From the NCBI GenBank assembly GCA_023442525.1, contig JAEZZA010000020.1, positions 100,776-164,775 of the forward strand: 64,000 nucleotides of DNA. The letters are read 5' to 3'. Numbering within the stretch: position 1 is the first letter of the stretch; the number at the start of each line of letters is the position of its first letter. Origin of the DNA: Bacteroidota bacterium. GTDB taxonomy: Bacteria; Bacteroidota; Bacteroidia; Bacteroidales; UBA10428. This document shows, piece by piece, positions 21,973-31,130 of this stretch. Under the pieces are notes generated by a model, which was not told where the DNA came from, did no database searches, and saw nothing but the letters and a program-made list of their open reading frames with translations. Both the position numbers and the translations under genes were made by a program.

Positions 21973-24900
21973 ATGAGGACTAAATTTTTACTATTCTTCT
22001 CATTTCTGTTGTGCGGGGTATTGAACGCCCAGGTGGACGATACCATTCGCACATTGATCATTACGGAGGTGAGGCTTGATGACGCAAGGCGCGGGTACGT
22101 TGAAATAGCCAACGTCGGCGATGCGACCGTCAACCTGTCATCTTTTGAGATTGGTCGAATTGATGCCTGGACTGCTCCATGGTCTACTCCGACAGCGAAC
22201 TGGATGATGCTGCCTGATAAGGATCTGGCTCCCGGCGAAACTTTCCTTATTGCTGCCATGCGCGATTTCCGTCTGGAAATGTACAAGTTAAATCCGGAAG
22301 AATTCGACCCGATGGAAGCCAATAAGGCAGAATTCTGGACACTTGCCGATCTCCAGTTACATGTTGATGAATCAAACTACAGTCCGGTTAATGACTCGAT
22401 CAGTCCTGCTGCCGGAAGAGAGCTGCTTACAGTATGGAGCGGCCGCGATTGCTTGTACCTGAGATATCATATCGGTGGTGATTCAGCAGTTATCGACCAG
22501 GTTAACGGTATCTTCGGAGGTGACGGAAATATTCGTCCTGATCATCCGAATGGCGGTAAAGGCCCTGTTAACGTGGCAGGTGTAACTGATGCTACCAATA
22601 CCTCTACCCTTGTAAGGAAATTCAAGGTTACGACCGGTAATACGGACTTCGCATCCTCAAAAGGTGAAGACCTTACCGAATCGGAATGGATTCCTATTCC
22701 GCACCAGGCTAGCGGCAGATGGGCTGACAACGTAAGAAGACTTTTCTGGACAGCCGGTTTCCATGGCAATGCAGTTCTTACCGAAACAACGCTGAAACCT
22801 CTTGCAAAGTATGAATCTGTTATTGATGTGGATTATGCAGGAAAGAAAATTACTGTTCCCTGGGGCGTAAGACGTGACGACTCGATTATGTTCATGTTTG
22901 AAAAAGTTCCGGGTCTGGCATGGCATTATGACTATGTTGCTTCATACGAAGACTCTGCTTATGTTTCAGCAAGAACAGGCGACACCCTTACCGTGTATGC
23001 CACAGGTAATGAACTTACTATGCGCAAATTCGGAATCGAGGTAGCTCCTCCAACCGACGATGCCAAGATCGTTGTTCCCAGGAAAGCTCCTAACGGAGAT
23101 GGCTTCTTTGACGGTGTTGACGATCCTCCATATACCATCAGCGATGGTCTTGTAAAGGATACCATCGGTACCTACCGTTGGGGTGGTATTCCGTTTGCTA
23201 CCCGTATCGATACACTGATGAAATATATTGAAGTTCCTGAAGGTGCTTCAGCAGAAATCGTTTACGTGGACACACCGGGAAGAACCGATCTCAAAGACGG
23301 TGATGTTCTGAAAGTGACTGCAGCTGATAATTCCACCAAGGAATACTATATAAAAGTTGATAAATACAGGAAGAGCCATAATGCATTCCTGAGTGCAATT
23401 ACATGGCCTGATATCCCCGAGGATTACAGGAATGTAAAAGGCTGGCTGGGTGATACGGTTCCTAATTTCTCACCTACGGTTTATAACTATATAGCTAATG
23501 TTCCTTCGGATGTACAGGGTATTCCGGCTTTGGTTGGAAAGAACCAGGCTCTCGAAGGCAAACATTCGGTTATCGTAGCCACGAACCTCGACGGCAGTCC
23601 TGCCAATCAGACTGTAACCTTCAATACGGTTGCCGAAGATGATACGACTTTCCGTACCTATACCGTACAATTGATTAAGGAAAAAGATCCCAGCACAATT
23701 CAACCCTGGGACGGTGATGCATTCATATCAGAATGGGTGTTCTGGGAGCAGTGGGATGCTACCAACTTCATTGAAGTTGCAAACCCAAGACCCAACGACA
23801 TCGATATGAGTCAGTATATGTTCGTTGTGACCTGGGAAAACAATCCGGCTACTGCCATTTCCGAAACCCGTACACAAGCTGACCAGTGGTTAAACCGCTA
23901 CCGTCGCTATGTACCAGGTTACAAATGGGTTGACAGCCTTACCTGGACAACCAATCCCGGTATGCTTACTCCCGACCTGGCAGTTAACCCTGTTGTAAAA
24001 GGTGGCGATGTATTTGTAATTGGCAGCATTACTGGTGGTGGTGCACATCCGCTCGACTGGAGTGCTTACAAACAATGCGATGTTAACCTGGCCGATAACA
24101 ATGCAAGATTCCCGAACCCATGGGGTGAAAATATAGGCGAAGGAATGGCTCACTGGATGAACCAGAATATTTACATGTTCAAAATACTGAACGATTCGAT
24201 AACCCGTGGTTTGAAGAATGCCAACGATCCGAACGACTTTGAACTTATAGATGTACTCGGTAACGGCGATGGTACCGATATGACAATCGGTGGACGTAAT
24301 GTTGATATGATTGAAACTTATATCAGAAAACCGTCGATCTATAAAGGAAATGCTGTAATAAAAGGTTCTGCCGGAGATACACCGGAAACTTCCGAATGGA
24401 TAATGAGAAATGCAGCATACTATGCCAGCCTTGGTGCAGGATGGCCCGATCAGATATGGTGGGTTGTTAATGATATCGGAATTCATCTGTTGAATGAAGT
24501 AACCATTTTCAAATCAACTGTAAGTTCTGCTATTTATAAAGTAAGTCCGGGATATACCGAAGAAGAAACCATACGTGGTATTGTTGATGGTACAACTGTC
24601 AGCGAATTCTTTGGTAATCTGATTAAAGCCGACCCGGGTCAGCAACTGAACGTTGTGAGCGCTACCAGCGGCGAAACTCTTGCCGATGACGATGCTCCGG
24701 CCAACGGTGATACCCTGGTTGTTCTTTCAGCCGATCTGAAGAATACATCCAAATATATCCTTGAAGTTACAGCAGAAGGTTTGAATAGCGATGCAGTTCT
24801 TGTATCAGATGCATGGACTATTACCGTTGATGGTGCTGAAGGTGTTATTTCGGATTTCGATCCTCTGATTACTTTCAAGGAATTCATGGACAACATCGAA

Positions 24901-25854
24901 GTTCCATCAGGTGCATTAGTAATTCCTACTTATCCCGATGGTAAATATGTTCCTTACAAGATGTTGAACTATGATACTACTTATGCGCCAGTATTGGTGA
25001 GCGACAATATCACCATTCTGGTAACAGCTGAAAACGGTGTTGATAAGATTACTTATACACTTCAGCCGAACCATTCTGAAACTGATGCATTCGTAACTTC
25101 ATCCATGTTTGGAGTAGATCAGAACCTGTCGATTATCTTCCTGGTACCCGACGGTATCCCCGTTTCTTCATTCCTGTCCTATCTCATCCCAAGTACCGGA
25201 GCTGAAATCGAACTCAGAGATAAGTTCGGATTCGTCAGAGAGATGGGTAATGTAATGCTGGACGACTCACTATACGTGACCGCTGAAGATGGAGTAACTA
25301 TACGCAAGTATGGAATTCAGATGCTTGGTGGCCTTACTGTAGAGGATATTGCTTATGTAATTTCCGAGGTTTATCTTGTTGATCAGGAAACCATGTGGAT
25401 AACTGGTGAAAATATCACTACTACACTTAGCGTTGCTGATTTCAAAGCAAATCTTATCGCTTCAACCGGAGCAACAATTGCTGTAACCAATGCCAGCGGA
25501 GCTCCAAAGAACTCCGGTAACCTGGCTGAGGGTGACCTTGTAAAGGTTATTTCTGCAAACGGTTTGACAATTGTTACTTACCAGATTGATGTGATCCTGG
25601 TAGGTCTTGACGACAAGTCACAGGATGACGTACAGATATTCCCGAACCCCAGCAGAGGATTGTATAATCTGAAGGGCGTGAAGGCCGGTTCAAGAATACA
25701 GGTACATAACATTCTGGGTGTGAAAGTTGCTGAAAAGGTAGCAATCGCCTACAGCGAAACTATCTCGATTGAAAAGGAAACCAACGGTATTTATTTCATC
25801 ACTGTAAGTGATAATGATAACGTTGTTGGCCGCTATAAAGTTGTTAAAAAATAA
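21973..25854 (+). CDS. Large secreted non-catalytic protein: two lamin-tail-like domains, a cadherin-like beta-sandwich, repeated ~80-aa modules and a type A T9SS C-terminal sorting domain
   Basis: Signal peptide ending LNAQ. LTD-like LIITEVRLDDARRGYVEIANVGDATVNLSSFEI and AFISEWVFWEQWDATNFIEVANPRPNDIDMSQYMF. CTD VQIFPNPSRG...GIYFITV...YKVVKK (nt 25630-25851). Confidence 0.7.
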   Translation: MRTKFLLFFSFLLCGVLNAQVDDTIRTLIITEVRLDDARRGYVEIANVGDATVNLSSFEIGRIDAWTAPWSTPTANWMMLPDKDLAPGETFLIAAMRDFRLEMYKLNPEEFDPMEANKAEFWTLADLQLHVDESNYSPVNDSISPAAGRELLTVWSGRDCLYLRYHIGGDSAVIDQVNGIFGGDGNIRPDHPNGGKGPVNVAGVTDATNTSTLVRKFKVTTGNTDFASSKGEDLTESEWIPIPHQASGRWADNVRRLFWTAGFHGNAVLTETTLKPLAKYESVIDVDYAGKKITVPWGVRRDDSIMFMFEKVPGLAWHYDYVASYEDSAYVSARTGDTLTVYATGNELTMRKFGIEVAPPTDDAKIVVPRKAPNGDGFFDGVDDPPYTISDGLVKDTIGTYRWGGIPFATRIDTLMKYIEVPEGASAEIVYVDTPGRTDLKDGDVLKVTAADNSTKEYYIKVDKYRKSHNAFLSAITWPDIPEDYRNVKGWLGDTVPNFSPTVYNYIANVPSDVQGIPALVGKNQALEGKHSVIVATNLDGSPANQTVTFNTVAEDDTTFRTYTVQLIKEKDPSTIQPWDGDAFISEWVFWEQWDATNFIEVANPRPNDIDMSQYMFVVTWENNPATAISETRTQADQWLNRYRRYVPGYKWVDSLTWTTNPGMLTPDLAVNPVVKGGDVFVIGSITGGGAHPLDWSAYKQCDVNLADNNARFPNPWGENIGEGMAHWMNQNIYMFKILNDSITRGLKNANDPNDFELIDVLGNGDGTDMTIGGRNVDMIETYIRKPSIYKGNAVIKGSAGDTPETSEWIMRNAAYYASLGAGWPDQIWWVVNDIGIHLLNEVTIFKSTVSSAIYKVSPGYTEEETIRGIVDGTTVSEFFGNLIKADPGQQLNVVSATSGETLADDDAPANGDTLVVLSADLKNTSKYILEVTAEGLNSDAVLVSDAWTITVDGAEGVISDFDPLITFKEFMDNIEVPSGALVIPTYPDGKYVPYKMLNYDTTYAPVLVSDNITILVTAENGVDKITYTLQPNHSETDAFVTSSMFGVDQNLSIIFLVPDGIPVSSFLSYLIPSTGAEIELRDKFGFVREMGNVMLDDSLYVTAEDGVTIRKYGIQMLGGLTVEDIAYVISEVYLVDQETMWITGENITTTLSVADFKANLIASTGATIAVTNASGAPKNSGNLAEGDLVKVISANGLTIVTYQIDVILVGLDDKSQDDVQIFPNPSRGLYNLKGVKAGSRIQVHNILGVKVAEKVAIAYSETISIEKETNGIYFITVSDNDNVVGRYKVVKK

Positions 25855-25877
25855 ATAGCAGGCTTTAAATAATGATT

Positions 25878-25904
25878 AAGCCCCGCTTCGGCGGGGCTTT
25901 TTTA
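25878..25904 (+). terminator. Rho-independent terminator after the LTD/T9SS gene
   Basis: AAGCCCCGC-TTCG-GCGGGGCTT followed by TTTTT. Confidence 0.8.
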
Positions 25905-25946
25905 TTATATTTATGGCACATAATTAATATTACTCAATCAGCTATT

Positions 25947-26900
25947 ATGAAAAAGATGCTTTTCTGGTCATTCATTATTATTATTATGAATGTCACAGTT
26001 CTTATGGGACAGCAACCGGTGAAAATTCACGGGAAATTGTCCGTTCAGGGGGTACAACTAATGGATGAAAAAGGTAAGCCGGTAATGCTTCAGGGCGTCA
26101 GCTACGGCTGGCATAATTGGTGGCCGAGATTTTATAATAAGGAATCGGTTACGTGGTTGGCAAACGACTGGAATTGCACTGTTGTCAGGGCCGCGATGGG
26201 TGTTGGTCCAAAAGGATCTTATCTTGATAAAACCGAATGGTCGCAGAAGCTTATCGAAGATGTTGTTGAAGGGGCCATTGAAAACGACGTCTACGTTATA
26301 ATAGACTGGCACAGTCACCAGGTTGAAACCGAGGCGGCTAAGAAATTTTTCGCTCAAATGGCTAAAAAATACGGTAAATATCCTCACGTCATTTATGAGA
26401 TTTTCAATGAACCGGTTCACGATTCATGGGAGGTTATTAAAAACTATTCGATTGAAGTCATCAAAGCCATACGTGAACACGATCCGGATAATATCATCCT
26501 GATTGGCAGTCCTCACTGGGATCAGGATGTCCACATTGCAGCCGACAGCCCCATAGAGGGTTATAAAAACCTGATGTATACACTTCACTTTTATGCAGCT
26601 ACTCATAAACAGGATCTTCGCGAAAGGGGAAATTATGCATTAAGTAAAGGTCTTCCGCTTTTCGTTTCGGAATCAGCAGGAATGTCAGCCAACGGAGATG
26701 GTCCTATTAATTATGAAGAGTGGAATCTTTGGATCGACTGGATGAAGAAAAACAAAATTAGCTGGGTTTCCTGGTCAATTGCCGATAAAAACGAAACATG
26801 CTCCATGTTGCTTCCTTCTGCAGCATCAACCGGGGGATGGAAAGAAACGGATATGAAGGAATCAGGGATTAAAACCCGTGAATTACTGAAAAAGAAATAA
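25947..26900 (+). CDS. Glycoside hydrolase family 5 endo-beta-1,4-glucanase-like enzyme
   Basis: Start placed at MKKMLFWSF (signal peptide). The upstream part of the listed ORF covers the terminator. GH5 motifs: VIIDWHSH, acid/base IYEIFNEP, HFYAATH, nucleophile region LFVSESAG, SWVSWS. Confidence 0.85.
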   Translation: MKKMLFWSFIIIIMNVTVLMGQQPVKIHGKLSVQGVQLMDEKGKPVMLQGVSYGWHNWWPRFYNKESVTWLANDWNCTVVRAAMGVGPKGSYLDKTEWSQKLIEDVVEGAIENDVYVIIDWHSHQVETEAAKKFFAQMAKKYGKYPHVIYEIFNEPVHDSWEVIKNYSIEVIKAIREHDPDNIILIGSPHWDQDVHIAADSPIEGYKNLMYTLHFYAATHKQDLRERGNYALSKGLPLFVSESAGMSANGDGPINYEEWNLWIDWMKKNKISWVSWSIADKNETCSMLLPSAASTGGWKETDMKESGIKTRELLKKK

Positions 26901-27013
26901 TTAAAGTCCGGGGGGATTTCCCGGGCTTGATATTGCTGCGATTTAATAACCTGTACCTGCGAACAGAACAGGCATAGACGATTTTTCGTATAACGAAGGT
27001 AAAGCCGTTTAAT

Positions 27014-30000
27014 ATGAAAAAAATTTACATAACAACTGGTTTGGCAGGGTTGCTGCATCTGTTGTTGATCACGGGAATTTACGCCCAATCGGTTGTAATT
27101 AATGTCAATACGACTGCCGAAAAGAAAGCCATTTCACCTTATATTTTTGGTAAGAACAACAGTCTTTCAGATAATTTTCTTGGATCGGGAGATCTCAGTG
27201 CCAGCCAATGGCAGCGATTGAAAGACATGGGCATCAAAATGTTCAGGGAAAACGGCGGTAATAATTCAACCAAGTACAATTGGAGAAGGAAACTGTCGAG
27301 CCACCCCGACTGGTATAACAATGTATATGCCCACGACTGGGGTTATGCAGCCAGGTCGTTACAGCAAAACATACCTTCGGCTCAGGGTATGTGGGCTTTT
27401 CAGCTAATTGGAAAAGCTGCAAAAACCTCTGCTCACAATTTTAACGACTGGGGTTACAATGGTTCAAAATGGTGGGAGGGCTGCGGTCAGAATCTTGCCG
27501 GAGGCGGCGTGGTTAATCCCGCTGGTGGCACGGATGCCCTGGTCGAAGGAAACCCTGATTTGTACCTGGAGACCTGGAATGCAGATTCAACAACCGGAAT
27601 TCTTGATCATTGGTTTGGACCAGATGGTATCGGACTTGACAGCAACAAGATACTTTACTGGAGCATGGATAACGAACCTGAAATTTGGAACGGTACACAC
27701 GATGACGTATGGCCTGTACAGCCTTCAGCTGAAGAATTCATGCAAATGTATTTTGCAACGGCTAAAAAAGCCCGGGCTAAATTTCCGGGAATAAAGCTCA
27801 CTGGTCCTGTTGTGGCTAATGAATGGCAATGGTATTGCTGGGCAGGCGATCTGATTTCCTATAAAGGGAAGAAATACCCCTGGCTGGAGTACTTTATTCT
27901 CAGAGTGGCCGAAGAACAGCAGTTAAGCGACATCAGGCTACTCGATGTACTTGATATTCATTTTTATCCAAACGAAACCGACCCGGCACAAATAGTTCAG
28001 TTACATCGAATATTTTTTGACTCAACATACGTTTACCCGGGTGCCAATGGCATAAAGAAAACAGGATCAAGCGGCTGGGACAATTCTCTTAATAAAGAAT
28101 ATATATTTAAGCGTTGTAACGCCTGGCTTGCAAAGTATATGGGGGCCGGTCACGGCGTAAAACTGGCAGTCACCGAAACTGCAATTAAGAAAAGAGACGA
28201 TCCTGATTTGACAGCCAACTGGTATGCCTCCACATTGGGTGAATTTGCACGAAACGGGGTTGAAATATTCACTCCATGGGACTGGGTGACCGGTATGTCG
28301 GAAGTAGTGCATCTTTTTACTCACTACTGTAAACCAAACATACTTCCCGCAATATCTTCAAACGAAAATTATGTTTCAGCCTACCCTACCATCAATAATT
28401 CAGGCGATTCAATAACTGTTTTTTTTGTTAACAGGCATCTTAAAGATTCGAAGCCCGTTACATTATATCTTGAGAATTTCTATGTGGATGACGGCCCTTA
28501 TAATTTTTACACCCTTTCGGATCTGCCGGCATCGGAAACCTTTGTTTCTCATACCCAAAATGCTCTCAACCTGAGTACAGTAGTAGTTAAGGACAATATT
28601 ATCCAATTAATACTGGATCCGTTATCGGTTTCGGCTCTTGTCCTGAAAAGGGGCAAGTTTGATATTGCACCTTCACTTATCGACACCTTTGCTACCCAGG
28701 CCACCAAAGATCTTTATGAATTCCTTAAGTCTCAGTTCGGCAATCACATTATCTCGGGGCAGACGCACGACTATTATAATCAACTGAAAACCGTTGCCGG
28801 TAAATCACCTATGCTCCGGGCAGGCGATTTTCAGCACTATACACAGGGATACCCATATCTGTGGTCAAATGAAATCGGCGGTCACACTTACGGGTACGAC
28901 ACTCAGGCTAATACAGTGAGCACGCTCATTTCGTGGTACAATGGTACCGATAAAAAAGGAATCGTTTCCATGCAATGGCACTGGCACGATCCCCTGAGCG
29001 ATTCTACCAGTAATGTCAGCACCAATACTTTCTATACCGATCAGACCAGTTTCGATATCCGGAGGGCGGTTATCCCGGGAACCTTTGAATATGACTGCGT
29101 AATTCGGGATATTGACAGTATTGCCACACAGCTTAAAAAATTCCAGTCAGCCGGAATTCCGGTATTATGGCGACCCCTGCACGAAGCTGGCGGAGGATGG
29201 TTCTGGTGGGGAGCTCACGGCCCCGAACCCTGCCTGGCACTTTGGGATATTCTTATTGAACGTTTGAAAAATCATCATCAACTCCATAATCTGATTTGGG
29301 TTTGGTCAAGTCCCGAGCCGGATTGGTACCCCGGTAACGATAAGGTGGATATCATTGGATATGATTCCTATCCGGGTGCGTTCAATTATACCAACCAGAA
29401 GGCAATATTTGATAACCTGTACACCATTACCGATGGTGAAAAGCTTATCGCGATGACTGAAAACGGTCCTATTCCTGATCCCGTGGCGTGCATTGAAGGT
29501 GATTCCCCCTGGTTGTTTTTCATGTCATGGAATAATCTGGTGGAAACTCAAAACACAACAGATCATATCCGTAGTGTTTATAATAATCCTCTGGTGGTTA
29601 AACTTGAAAGTTTCGATCCTCCGGAATACAGTGTTACTATTAAGTTGCTTCGTGATCTGACTTTTGAACCTCTGCAATCCAACGCAGTTGTATTTAACGG
29701 GGTTACCGAAGTTACTGATTTTGAAGGTGAAGTTACTTATACTGTGACTCCCGGAAGTTATGATTACCTGGTACAGCTAACATCATACGAAAGTAAGGAG
29801 GGTACTTTCGAAATTACATCGGATACATCCTTTACCATATTATTACAGCAAACTCATGCAAATATAAGGATCCGGTTAAGAGAAGAGTCTCGTCCGGTTG
29901 CAAACGCCGTTGTGGCATTGAATGGCGACACCATGTTGACCAGTAGCCTTGGAGACGCCGTGTACAATCAACGTCCGGTTAGTCAAATATATTCCTACAC

Positions 30001-30349
30001 TGTAAATAAAGAAGGATATGAAGAGCTTTCAGGCACGGTACAACTGGCGCGTGATACAATTGTACAACTTGAAATGACCCGAATTGTACTGTCAGCAGGA
30101 TATGGATCCGGAGATATAAAATTCACCATCTGGCCAAATCCTGCTGATGAATACGTTCATTTCGGATTGCCGGACGGCAATCAGCCCGTTCAGGTACAAA
30201 TTACAGGCGTAAACGGCGGTTTTACGAAAAATACATCGGTACAGAATCCGCCCTGGCGAATCAGTGTAAACGACCTGGCTCCGGGGATTTATGTTCTGCA
30301 GGTTATTTGTAAGGAATCGGTTTATAAGGGGCTGTTTTCAAAACAGTGA
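27014..30349 (+). CDS. Bifunctional GH44 (endoglucanase/xyloglucanase-like) - GH26 (beta-mannanase-like) enzyme with two beta-sandwich domains and a type A T9SS sorting domain
   Basis: GH44-like (aa ~27-546): ENGGNNSTKYNW, YWSMDNEPEIW, LDVLDIHFYP, KLAVTETA. GH26-like (aa ~552-864): QWHWH, VLWRPLHEAGGGWFWWG, IAMTENG. CTD IWPNPADEYVHF...GIYVLQV (nt 30116-30346). Confidence 0.8.
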   Translation: MKKIYITTGLAGLLHLLLITGIYAQSVVINVNTTAEKKAISPYIFGKNNSLSDNFLGSGDLSASQWQRLKDMGIKMFRENGGNNSTKYNWRRKLSSHPDWYNNVYAHDWGYAARSLQQNIPSAQGMWAFQLIGKAAKTSAHNFNDWGYNGSKWWEGCGQNLAGGGVVNPAGGTDALVEGNPDLYLETWNADSTTGILDHWFGPDGIGLDSNKILYWSMDNEPEIWNGTHDDVWPVQPSAEEFMQMYFATAKKARAKFPGIKLTGPVVANEWQWYCWAGDLISYKGKKYPWLEYFILRVAEEQQLSDIRLLDVLDIHFYPNETDPAQIVQLHRIFFDSTYVYPGANGIKKTGSSGWDNSLNKEYIFKRCNAWLAKYMGAGHGVKLAVTETAIKKRDDPDLTANWYASTLGEFARNGVEIFTPWDWVTGMSEVVHLFTHYCKPNILPAISSNENYVSAYPTINNSGDSITVFFVNRHLKDSKPVTLYLENFYVDDGPYNFYTLSDLPASETFVSHTQNALNLSTVVVKDNIIQLILDPLSVSALVLKRGKFDIAPSLIDTFATQATKDLYEFLKSQFGNHIISGQTHDYYNQLKTVAGKSPMLRAGDFQHYTQGYPYLWSNEIGGHTYGYDTQANTVSTLISWYNGTDKKGIVSMQWHWHDPLSDSTSNVSTNTFYTDQTSFDIRRAVIPGTFEYDCVIRDIDSIATQLKKFQSAGIPVLWRPLHEAGGGWFWWGAHGPEPCLALWDILIERLKNHHQLHNLIWVWSSPEPDWYPGNDKVDIIGYDSYPGAFNYTNQKAIFDNLYTITDGEKLIAMTENGPIPDPVACIEGDSPWLFFMSWNNLVETQNTTDHIRSVYNNPLVVKLESFDPPEYSVTIKLLRDLTFEPLQSNAVVFNGVTEVTDFEGEVTYTVTPGSYDYLVQLTSYESKEGTFEITSDTSFTILLQQTHANIRIRLREESRPVANAVVALNGDTMLTSSLGDAVYNQRPVSQIYSYTVNKEGYEELSGTVQLARDTIVQLEMTRIVLSAGYGSGDIKFTIWPNPADEYVHFGLPDGNQPVQVQITGVNGGFTKNTSVQNPPWRISVNDLAPGIYVLQVICKESVYKGLFSKQ

Positions 30350-30356
30350 CTTCAAA

Positions 30357-31130
30357 CTAAAATTTCAGATAGAAAGCCGCGGTTAGCTTTTTATAATCCT
30401 CACTGAATTCTCCGGCTGCACTCCGGATCGCTATTATATCCTCAGTACATTTTTTTCCCTGTTCCTGGCCGAATTCGATCAGACATCGGATATTTTTCTT
30501 CCCTTCATAAGGTTTAATGAAAGTTCTCCTTATGGGATACAACAAATAGAAAAAAGCCGTGGATATCAGGTATTCGATATCTTCTGCCGGGTAGATAATT
30601 GAAACGATACCAGAATTAGTTAATACCCGGGCTGCATTATACAATAATAAATCAGCACTAAGTTTATCATTATGCCTTGCCATGGATCGTGAATCGGCGG
30701 GCGGCTTCAATGAATCCCTAAAAAACGGAGGATTTGATATGATCAGATCATATTTTGTACCCGTTGCATGTGCATGACTAAAGTCCTGAAACGAGTCATT
30801 TACAACCCTGATGCGATGACTCCAGTTTGATCCTCTGCAATTCTCTTCAGCCTGCATGGCAGCGGCAGGGTTGATTTCCACAGCTTCGATCTGAGCACTT
30901 TTTGATCGTTGTGCGCACATCAGTGCAAGAAGTCCTGTTCCTGAACCCACATCCAGGATATTCCCCTCATCAGGTACAGTTGCCCAGGCACCCAGCAGCA
31001 CACCATCGGTGCCTACTTTCATGGCACACCGGTCCTGGTAAATTGTAAATTGCTTAAATTGAAAATAATCGTTCAATTTAACAGATGTTGGATTATTCAA
31101 AAATACTGATCCCAAACAGTGCAAAATCAT
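30357..31130 (-). CDS. trmN6: tRNA1(Val) (adenine37-N6)-methyltransferase (YfiC/TrmN6-like)
   Basis: FQFKQFTIYQDRCAMKVGTDGVLLGAWA, SAM motif ILDVGSGTGLL, catalytic IISNPPFF. The start is uncertain: ATG 31130 overlaps the upstream gene by 38 nt, and TTG at 31100 or 31076 is possible. Confidence 0.8.
   Translation of the reverse strand: MILHCLGSVFLNNPTSVKLNDYFQFKQFTIYQDRCAMKVGTDGVLLGAWATVPDEGNILDVGSGTGLLALMCAQRSKSAQIEAVEINPAAAMQAEENCRGSNWSHRIRVVNDSFQDFSHAHATGTKYDLIISNPPFFRDSLKPPADSRSMARHNDKLSADLLLYNAARVLTNSGIVSIIYPAEDIEYLISTAFFYLLYPIRRTFIKPYEGKKNIRCLIEFGQEQGKKCTEDIIAIRSAAGEFSEDYKKLTAAFYLKF

Noticed and set aside
23890-24486. 198-aa minus-strand ORF, and other 60-190-aa ORFs antisense to long genes (e.g. 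7701-8141, 15167-15745, 38164-38640, 40110-40637, 21924-22322)
   Set aside because: All lie entirely inside, and antisense to, long ORFs with clear family motifs. Their translations are low-complexity or Cys/Ser/Ile-rich with no signal or domain features, so they are typical shadow ORFs.
25872-25946. N-terminal 25-codon extension of the GH5 ORF
   Set aside because: It spans the rho-independent terminator of the upstream gene. The signal peptide begins at the Met at 25947.
26904-26928. Hairpin AGTCCGGG-N7-CCCGGGCT after the GH5 gene as a terminator
   Set aside because: The stem is plausible, but the trailing T-run is weak (TTGATATTG), and the next gene, 85 nt away, is probably co-expressed. 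I left it uncalled.
6248-30349. The PUL as a recently acquired genomic island
   Set aside because: There are no flanking tRNA-proximal integrase, direct repeats or mobility genes, and no obvious compositional break by eye. A proper GC or k-mer deviation calculation was not possible here.
31093-31130. 38-nt overlap between the DUF2400 gene and the tRNA methyltransferase gene as a possible recoding or frameshift site
   Set aside because: There is no slippery heptamer. In-frame TTG codons at 31100 and 31076 give a normal-length methyltransferase, so this is most simply a start-codon annotation ambiguity.
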